DNA from: Bacteriovoracaceae bacterium
GTDB lineage: Bacteria; Bdellovibrionota; Bacteriovoracia; Bacteriovoracales; Bacteriovoracaceae
Reading direction: 5' to 3'
Assembly (NCBI GenBank): GCA_041586955.1
Contig: JBFGZE010000052.1
Span: 1-23,195 of the forward strand
Length of the DNA: 23,195 bases
A model generated the notes under the pieces. That model did not search any database, had not been told where the DNA came from, and was given only the letters and a program-made list of their open reading frames with translations. Below are positions 17,007-23,195 of the stretch, in pieces (position 1 is the first letter of the stretch; the number at the start of each line of letters is the position of its first letter). The translations under genes were made by a program, and so were the position numbers.

Positions 17007-19679
17007 ATGGGCATACCATCACAAACATCTATTTCTAGCGATAAAAATCTTTATCAAAGTATTTATAATTATTCTCAAGATGGCGTGTTGATTGTTAGGC
17101 CAGAAACCTTCCAGATTTTATTTTTAAATACCAAACAAGTTGATCTTTCTGGCCACGAAGAGAGTGATCTTTATCAATTATCATTTCTCGATCTTTTTTT
17201 TGATGAAGATATTGAAGCGATAAAAACCATTCTTGAATCGACCATTCAATGGAAAACAGGCCTTGACCCTTTACGTATCATGAAACGAGGTTCAGGCCGA
17301 AAATTATACATTGAGATGACGACCTCTTTGGTAAATTTTGAAATGAGTGACGCCATTATGGTCACAGTCAGGGATATTTCAGAGCGGGTTAAACACGAAA
17401 AGAAAATTAAAAAATATAGTGAACAATTGGAACAATTAAACTCTGAGCTTGAAGCAAAGGTCGAAGAGCGCACCCAAAAACTTAAGCATGCCAACGATGA
17501 CTTGGTCCAGCAAAACACCTTTATAACGAATCAGAAAAAAGAAATTTCCGATATCATGAATAATATTCATCAGGGAATTATAACCATTGCACCCAATCTC
17601 ATAATCAATAAAGAATTTTCCTCCTTTATGAAAGTTCTTTTCCCTCAGGCCAAAATTGCTGGTCAAAAAATCAGCACTTTCCTTTATCAAGAGGGGAATG
17701 AGGACGATGCGTCGGTCTTAGATGAGGCCTTAGAGACCATTTTTTCTGATCCCAGTTTATGGGATATGGTGGAGGAGTTACTGCCCAAAGAAATAAATAT
17801 TGGAAATAGAGAAATTACATTATCTTGGGTTCCAATTATTATAGGTGAAAAAGTACTGAAGTTTCTTTTGATTTTTACTGACGTGACAGAGGAGAGAGAG
17901 CTCCAAAGAGAGATCTCAAGTCAGAAGGAAGAAAATGATCAAAAAGTCGAAATTCTTTTAAAATTATTAAAATATCCAAAGGACGTTTTGAATAAATTTG
18001 TCAGTGGGGCAACAAAAAACCTCAATAAGATGAATATTATGTTACAAAAACCCTCTTGGAGCAGTAGCGAAAATTTAAAAGAATTATTTCGCATCTTGCA
18101 CACTCTTAAGGGCGCTGCCAATCAAATGGGGCTCCAGCGAATGGCCAATGAATGCCATCTTTTGGAAGACCAATTAGGTTTAGATATTAACGAACAAAAA
18201 TTTTTGAGAGACGTTGAGTCACTAGATAAGCAATATAAAATCATTTTTAATTTTTATGAGAAAACAACAAATAGTTCACCAGAAATAGAAAGTTCTAAAA
18301 AAGATAAATATAAGACCACATTTGTACAAAGTTTATTAAAAGTAAATGAACAACAAGAACTACTTCGAAAATTTATGCACCTAGAAGGGGAGAGTGTCGA
18401 TTCAATTAGGGAGAATATGGCTGATCTGGTTGATAAAACGTCAACCTCATTAGGGAAAGATATTCGATTTGAATTTGAGTCGGAAACATTCTTTTTAGAC
18501 AAGAAAAGTATAGGTGATCTGAACGATGCCCTTTCTCATATTGTTCGCAATGCCATTGATCACGGGATTGATCAAACAGGCGATCTTAAAATTAAGTTTG
18601 AAAATAATAAATACCATTTATTAATCCAGATCATTGATAATGGAAAAGGTATTGATATTGAAAAACTGACTGAAAAAATTATAAGCAATAAAATTAAGAC
18701 TGAGTCAAAGTTAAATAATTTAGCAGCAGAAGAAATAATTCAATATGTTTTCCATAGTGGTCTAAGTACCAGGGATAATGTTTCAGATATCTCAGGTAGA
18801 GGTGTCGGCCTAGATGCAGTAAAAAATATTATTGAAAATGATCTAAACGGGAAAGTTTATGTCACTTCTTTGCCCAATAAAGGGACAATTTTCCATATTA
18901 TGCTACCAACTCCCTTAGCAATGTTTGAAGGGCAGTATTTAGAAATAGACAAGCAAGCGAAGGTCTTTAAATCTTATGATACCTTAAAACAACTTTTTTC
19001 TAATATAGATAAGTATGATCATTTTATTTACCCTGCAAACACAAGATTTCATCAACTAGAAAAGACTACAAGTTTAAAATATCATCATCTTTATACTTGG
19101 GGGATGGAAGTTTACTTGAATCCTAATTATCAAATGATGGAATTAAAAATAAAGGATTTTAAGCTAAAAAGTCATTATTTAGATCAGGTGTATCTCTATT
19201 TATCATCACACATTACGAGTAGCACCATTTTAAACGCAGTTATTGAGACTTGTGATGAACTCATTATGAATGCCATATTTGATGCTCCTCGAAATCTTGA
19301 TGGCAGTGTAAAGTACAATCATCTTAGCCGTTCAAAGTATGATATTGTTTTAGAAAATCACGAGCAGGGCATACTGAAAATTGGGTTCGATAAAGATTTT
19401 CTTGCAATATCAATGGAAGATCCTTTTGGCTCATTAACAAAAGAAACGGTGGTTAAGTATATCTATAAAGCAATTCAAACTGAGAATAAAATATCTAATG
19501 AATCCGCTGGGGCCGGATTGGGCCTCTCTCAGATATTTTTAAATTCAAATTATATGGTGATCAATTCGTGTCCCGGTAAGCGAAATGAAATGATTTCTCT
19601 TATCAATTTGGCAAAAACGAATAAGTCCAGATTATTGAATGGCCATAGTTTCAGCTTCTTTGAGCATCCTCACATTTAA
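17007..19679 (+). CDS. CheA-like (class II) kinase PAS-coiled coil-PAS-Hpt-HATPase, no CheW domain, with a C-terminal second RsbW-like HATPase domain
   Basis: 890 aa. Hpt ELFRILHTLKGAA (His365); HIVRNAIDHG, IDNGKGID, VFHSGLST, SGRGVGLDAVK; then DELIMNAIFDAP (from D750), ISMEDPFG and GAGLGL (from G835). The ATG directly abuts the STAS gene stop. Confidence 0.88.
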   Translation: MGIPSQTSISSDKNLYQSIYNYSQDGVLIVRPETFQILFLNTKQVDLSGHEESDLYQLSFLDLFFDEDIEAIKTILESTIQWKTGLDPLRIMKRGSGRKLYIEMTTSLVNFEMSDAIMVTVRDISERVKHEKKIKKYSEQLEQLNSELEAKVEERTQKLKHANDDLVQQNTFITNQKKEISDIMNNIHQGIITIAPNLIINKEFSSFMKVLFPQAKIAGQKISTFLYQEGNEDDASVLDEALETIFSDPSLWDMVEELLPKEINIGNREITLSWVPIIIGEKVLKFLLIFTDVTEERELQREISSQKEENDQKVEILLKLLKYPKDVLNKFVSGATKNLNKMNIMLQKPSWSSSENLKELFRILHTLKGAANQMGLQRMANECHLLEDQLGLDINEQKFLRDVESLDKQYKIIFNFYEKTTNSSPEIESSKKDKYKTTFVQSLLKVNEQQELLRKFMHLEGESVDSIRENMADLVDKTSTSLGKDIRFEFESETFFLDKKSIGDLNDALSHIVRNAIDHGIDQTGDLKIKFENNKYHLLIQIIDNGKGIDIEKLTEKIISNKIKTESKLNNLAAEEIIQYVFHSGLSTRDNVSDISGRGVGLDAVKNIIENDLNGKVYVTSLPNKGTIFHIMLPTPLAMFEGQYLEIDKQAKVFKSYDTLKQLFSNIDKYDHFIYPANTRFHQLEKTTSLKYHHLYTWGMEVYLNPNYQMMELKIKDFKLKSHYLDQVYLYLSSHITSSTILNAVIETCDELIMNAIFDAPRNLDGSVKYNHLSRSKYDIVLENHEQGILKIGFDKDFLAISMEDPFGSLTKETVVKYIYKAIQTENKISNESAGAGLGLSQIFLNSNYMVINSCPGKRNEMISLINLAKTNKSRLLNGHSFSFFEHPHI

Positions 19680-19715
19680 AAACGGATTTACACTATCCTG
19701 GAAGGTATTTTACTA

Positions 19716-19736
19716 AAAAATGGCCTCGCCATTTTT
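19716..19736. terminator. Possible weak bidirectional intrinsic terminator
   Basis: AAAAATGGC-ctc-GCCATTTTT, a perfect 9-bp inverted repeat 36 nt after the kinase stop. The GC core is short and the loop is 3 nt. Confidence 0.4.
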
Positions 19737-19892
19737 GCGATAAGACCTTTGTCCTCGTTGATTAATTGTTTACCGATGCGCAAATGTTTATTGCGTTGCG
19801 CTGTCTGCGCTATCGTTTCAATAAATCCTCGCCTTTGGTAAATAATATCAATACGAGGTTTGAAAACCGTAATTTCTCATTTAACATATTTT

Positions 19893-20543
19893 ATGATCAT
19901 AAAAATCTTATCTATTTTCTTAATTTTCAGCAACTCCACCTGGGCCACATGTGGTACCTTCGTTGAACCCCGTCATGAGCTGGTGGCCAGTACATTATCT
20001 CAAAATGAAGATAATATCTGGAACGATACAGATCGATTTAATTTAACATTTTGTGTATCAGATAAATTTGGTAAATATAAACCCCAGATCATTGATGCTG
20101 CAAACTCTGCGGCCGAAAAATGGATGGAGCATGCTAATGTTCGATTTATTTATATTGGCGATGAAGATGCCAATTGTGTCAAAACACAAAAAACCATTTT
20201 TTCTATTACTCGATCCGTAAAAAGGTTGCCTTTTTCAATGAAGGCCTTTTTCCCAAACGCAGAAAGAAAGAATCGCCATATTAGAGTTAATGAAAAGTAT
20301 CTACATATGACTTCATATATAAGAAATACCATGTTACATGAATTTGGGCATGTACTCGGCTTTCGGCACGAACAAATCCATCCCAAGAGTCCATCTCAGT
20401 GCAGGGAAGAAGATCAAAATTATAGACCTATTACTGATTATGATATTGACTCAATTATGCACTATAAAAGCTGTGGAGGCACAGGTTTTGGGGATCGATT
20501 AAGTCCTCTTGATCAAGACGGTGCGGCCCAGATGTATCCATAA
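19893..20543 (+). CDS. Secreted zinc metalloprotease (metzincin; M57/astacin/matrixin-like)
   Basis: HEFGHVLGFRH (HExxHxxGxxH), Met-turn YDIDSIMHY, LTFCVS. ATG at 19893 gives a clean signal peptide (MIIKILSIFLIFSNSTWA) and is preferred over TTG at 19860. Confidence 0.92.
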   Translation: MIIKILSIFLIFSNSTWATCGTFVEPRHELVASTLSQNEDNIWNDTDRFNLTFCVSDKFGKYKPQIIDAANSAAEKWMEHANVRFIYIGDEDANCVKTQKTIFSITRSVKRLPFSMKAFFPNAERKNRHIRVNEKYLHMTSYIRNTMLHEFGHVLGFRHEQIHPKSPSQCREEDQNYRPITDYDIDSIMHYKSCGGTGFGDRLSPLDQDGAAQMYP

Positions 20544-20599
20544 AGAAAGCGTTTTACTGTCCATTTTAAACTCTTAAACTCTCAAGGTCGCGGCCATAC

Positions 20600-20608
20600 T
20601 GATATAAT
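20600..20608 (+). promoter_or_regulatory. Extended -10 promoter (TGnTATAAT) upstream of the GDPD gene
   Basis: TGA TATAAT at 20600-20608, 86 nt upstream of the ATG. Confidence 0.45.
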
Positions 20609-20694
20609 TTATTGATTTTATGATGGAGTTGACCCTAGTCGGTAAAGCCTTCATTATGAGGGATAACTCCTCTTAATTATGCTAAATAGCACCG

Positions 20695-21558
20695 ATGAAC
20701 TCTATTTTAATCTCTCTGTTAGCTACTTTGTGTATAAATCAATCGTTTGCGATTGCGCCCTTTGATTTGAGCGCTCATAGGGGAGATCAAGCTAAACATA
20801 TTGAAAATACAATTGGTGCGTTTGAGGATGCCATTAAAAATGGTGCTCGATCAATTGAATTTGATGTTCATCTTACGCGCGATGGAGTTGCTGTCATTTA
20901 TCATGACTTTATATTAAGCGCTAAAAGATTTGTTGGCCTTGACGAAGATAGATATATTAATGAATTAAGCTATGTTGAAATTTCTAAACTCGTTTATAGT
21001 TCGAGTAATAGTAGAATCCTTACTTTGGATGAATTATTTGAATCTATGAGTGAGTTAAAAAAAGAAAAATATAAGTTCATTATGCATATGGAAATAAAGG
21101 TCGATGAATCAACGAATAAAAATCTTATGTTAAAAACGATTTCTCATAAAATAAGAAGATCGGCCCTGAGGGAGAGGGTCATCGTGAGATCTTTTGATAT
21201 CGATTTTTTAATTTCATTTAAAAAAGTGGCAAAAAGTATTAAGCAAGTTCTTCTCTTTGAACAAGGAGAAATTCCCTCCCAAAAAGAACTTTCAAAAATC
21301 CAAAAGATATTAAATGCTCAGGCCATTGCCCCATTTTACGGTGATGTTGATCGAGAATTAATTCAAAGGTCTAGGAAATTGAACCTTCAGGTACTACCGT
21401 GGACAGTGGATAATTTAGCGGAGGCAATAAAACTTATTAATTTAGGTGTCAGTGGAATCACCACAAATTATCCTCAAAGATTTGCAACGCTTGTGAAAAA
21501 CACAAATGATAGTGGAGAGTGTTTCTTTAATCTTCATCAACTTCTTATCACAAAATAG
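20695..21558 (+). CDS. Secreted glycerophosphodiester phosphodiesterase (GDPD; GlpQ/UgpQ family)
   Basis: 287 aa with signal peptide; SAHRG, ENT, IEFDVHLTRDG, YHD, EIK, SF, PWTVD, GITTNYP. Confidence 0.95.
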   Translation: MNSILISLLATLCINQSFAIAPFDLSAHRGDQAKHIENTIGAFEDAIKNGARSIEFDVHLTRDGVAVIYHDFILSAKRFVGLDEDRYINELSYVEISKLVYSSSNSRILTLDELFESMSELKKEKYKFIMHMEIKVDESTNKNLMLKTISHKIRRSALRERVIVRSFDIDFLISFKKVAKSIKQVLLFEQGEIPSQKELSKIQKILNAQAIAPFYGDVDRELIQRSRKLNLQVLPWTVDNLAEAIKLINLGVSGITTNYPQRFATLVKNTNDSGECFFNLHQLLITK

Positions 21559-21589
21559 TCCTGCCATAGTAGCGGGAGTCGATCATCCT

Positions 21590-22750
21590 TTATGAAGTGG
21601 CCTCTTTCATCTTGAATCTTTTATGAAGGTTAAAGAAAATGGCCGGCATGATACTGGTGAGAAGAGTATAGCTAATCAGTCCGTATCCTATGGCGCTATC
21701 AACTTCTTCTCGTTCCAGTAAAATATTCGCGGTGATGAGTCCAAAAATGAGGGTCGGCATGAGAGCAAGAGAGACCTTATAATTGTCGAATTTAAGTTTT
21801 TTAAACAAAAATTTAAAACTATTATTAATAAGAACCATTCTTAGTGGAACAAAGATGATAAACATTGATAACCCTATCATAAGGGCCGGTGTGTCGAATT
21901 TATATATTGATAACTTTAATCCCGCATAAAAAAAGTAAAATGGCAGAAATACACTAAAAAAACCAGACAAAGACCTAAAGAGTGCCTCCTCGCCCTCTTT
22001 AAAAATATTCCTTTTAAATCTCGATCCTATCAACCCCACTGCAAAGGCGCCTACCAAATAATAGGCCCCTAGCTCTTTTGAAATAACTCCTGAAATCAAA
22101 GAAAGAGCGACGAGGAAGGGAATTTCAGAATTAGGTGCATAGGGAGAGATAAACTTAAAAAATATTCGATAAATAAAAGGTAAAAATATAAATAAACCAA
22201 TAAAAAATGATAATGAGATGAGTATCGCTTTCAGGTCATTTCCCTGTAGCGCCATAAAAAGTAGTATGATAGATAAAACTTCCTTACAGATGGCCTTTGA
22301 TTTTATCCAATATTCTTGGTTTGGGCTTACTTCATAAGAGTGAAGGGAAGATAAAATAAACCCCGCAGATGGTGTAAAAATTCCTAGGGATAAGATGACT
22401 GCATTTTGAATGTTTAATGCGAAGATGTTCTTGATTCCAACAGTAATGATGGCCAAGACAATCGTAAATTTGGCCAGATACTTACCCAGGTAAACTTTAT
22501 CTTGCTTTAACTCATGAAAGTCCACTTCAAGACCCGCAAATAAAAACAGAGAGGTGATACCAATCTGGGAAAGAAAGCGAAAGAGAAGATCATTTTGGAC
22601 TGCTGGATCAATTAGGGATACACAGATACCGATAAATAGCGCGGTTATTCCTGATGGGATTCTAAACCTTAAAAAGATTTTAGGTAAAATCAAAACTGAT
22701 GAGAATAGAGCGAGGTACTCCAAATCCTTAGTTAACAAAATTTCAGGCAT
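21590..22750 (-). CDS. Cation:proton antiporter (Na+/K+:H+ exchanger, CPA2-like), membrane domain only
   Basis: 386 aa with about 12 hydrophobic segments; LSQIGITSLFLFAGLEVD, LVGAFAVGL, FLPFYFFYAGL; GAGGAG SD upstream. Confidence 0.88.
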   Translation of the reverse strand: MPEILLTKDLEYLALFSSVLILPKIFLRFRIPSGITALFIGICVSLIDPAVQNDLLFRFLSQIGITSLFLFAGLEVDFHELKQDKVYLGKYLAKFTIVLAIITVGIKNIFALNIQNAVILSLGIFTPSAGFILSSLHSYEVSPNQEYWIKSKAICKEVLSIILLFMALQGNDLKAILISLSFFIGLFIFLPFIYRIFFKFISPYAPNSEIPFLVALSLISGVISKELGAYYLVGAFAVGLIGSRFKRNIFKEGEEALFRSLSGFFSVFLPFYFFYAGLKLSIYKFDTPALMIGLSMFIIFVPLRMVLINNSFKFLFKKLKFDNYKVSLALMPTLIFGLITANILLEREEVDSAIGYGLISYTLLTSIMPAIFFNLHKRFKMKEATS

Positions 22751-22867
22751 AGGGTCTCCTCAAGCTTGCTTTAAATATCAATATTTTTTTGAAATTAATC
22801 CATTATTTTGTACTGATTTTATCAGGAATGTGTAAGGTATTGATACTATATTTTTAATTTATTTTGC

Positions 22868-22893
22868 TCAAGTTTTTTAGCGTTGGGCGATAA
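22868..22893 (+). promoter_or_regulatory. Possible sigma28-type promoter pointing rightwards, divergent from the antiporter
   Basis: TCAAGTTT-N10-GGCGATAA. Shares CGATAAGAGA with the motif upstream of the radical SAM gene. Confidence 0.35.
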
Positions 22894-23195
22894 GAGATAC
22901 AAACCTGCTCTAGACTTTGAAACCTTTATGAATAGGAAAGCTCGTAACTGACTAAAATTACTTTGAAACAATGCTCCCTTATAACCTTTGGATTATATCG
23001 CTAGAGGGCCATGCAAATTCTTAACATTCTCAACAACTTTGCCTTTTTGTGGTGATACGTAAGTTGGCCTGGAACTTCCTTTCCTTTTTATCTTTATTGC
23101 CAAGTAATTAACTTTTTATATTTGCACTAATTTTTCTTCAATAAGAAGTATTTTATGCCTTTTAATTCTGGCACTTTTTTTATTTATAGCAACCC

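Noticed and set aside
14877..18502. Several 60-109 aa minus-strand ORFs opposite the kinase genes
   Set aside because: They lie antisense to well-supported CDSs and have shadow-like composition.
17007..19679. Calling this gene cheA and the region a chemotaxis operon
   Set aside because: There is no CheW/P5 domain, Hpt is internal, and no MCP, CheW, CheB or CheR genes are in the window.
19766..19966. 66-aa plus-strand ORF and GCGC-rich imperfect inverted repeats at ~19774-19815
   Set aside because: The ORF overlaps the protease gene out of frame with no recognisable features. The pairing is short and ambiguous, so no RNA can be supported.
22751..23195. Na+/Li+/fluoride/c-di-AMP riboswitch upstream of the antiporter; a 36-aa TTG ORF ending near 22993; a possible CDS tail at 23116-23195 (minus)
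   Set aside because: No consensus riboswitch motif was recognised by eye. The short frames lack an SD or are too short to judge without flanking sequence.

Overview
AT-rich bacterial chromosomal window. The gene families and a strong GGCC excess suggest Bdellovibrionota (Bacteriovoracia-like); this is an inference only. I found no rRNA, tRNA, CRISPR or mobile element. The left end holds a partial periplasmic substrate-binding protein gene (missed by the ORF track) and a B12-binding radical SAM gene. The core (2820-19679) is a compact envelope and signalling cluster of eight genes: a membrane sensor-HAMP-GAF-SpoIIE/PP2C phosphatase; a divergent FecR-FN3 protein only 29 bp away; a 1885-aa FN3/Ig-repeat surface protein with a GGGGC-type C-terminal sorting signal; an FN3 + outer-membrane beta-barrel protein; a single-domain receiver; a REC-PAS histidine kinase; a STAS-like + zinc-ribbon protein; and a PAS-Hpt-CheA-like kinase that lacks CheW and carries a second, RsbW-like ATPase/kinase domain. 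Together these look like a sigma-factor-less partner-switching circuit linked to a phosphorelay and a trans-envelope surface structure. The right end encodes a secreted metzincin protease, a secreted glycerophosphodiester phosphodiesterase with a structured leader, and a cation:proton antiporter. All domain calls are by-eye motif recognition, not database results.
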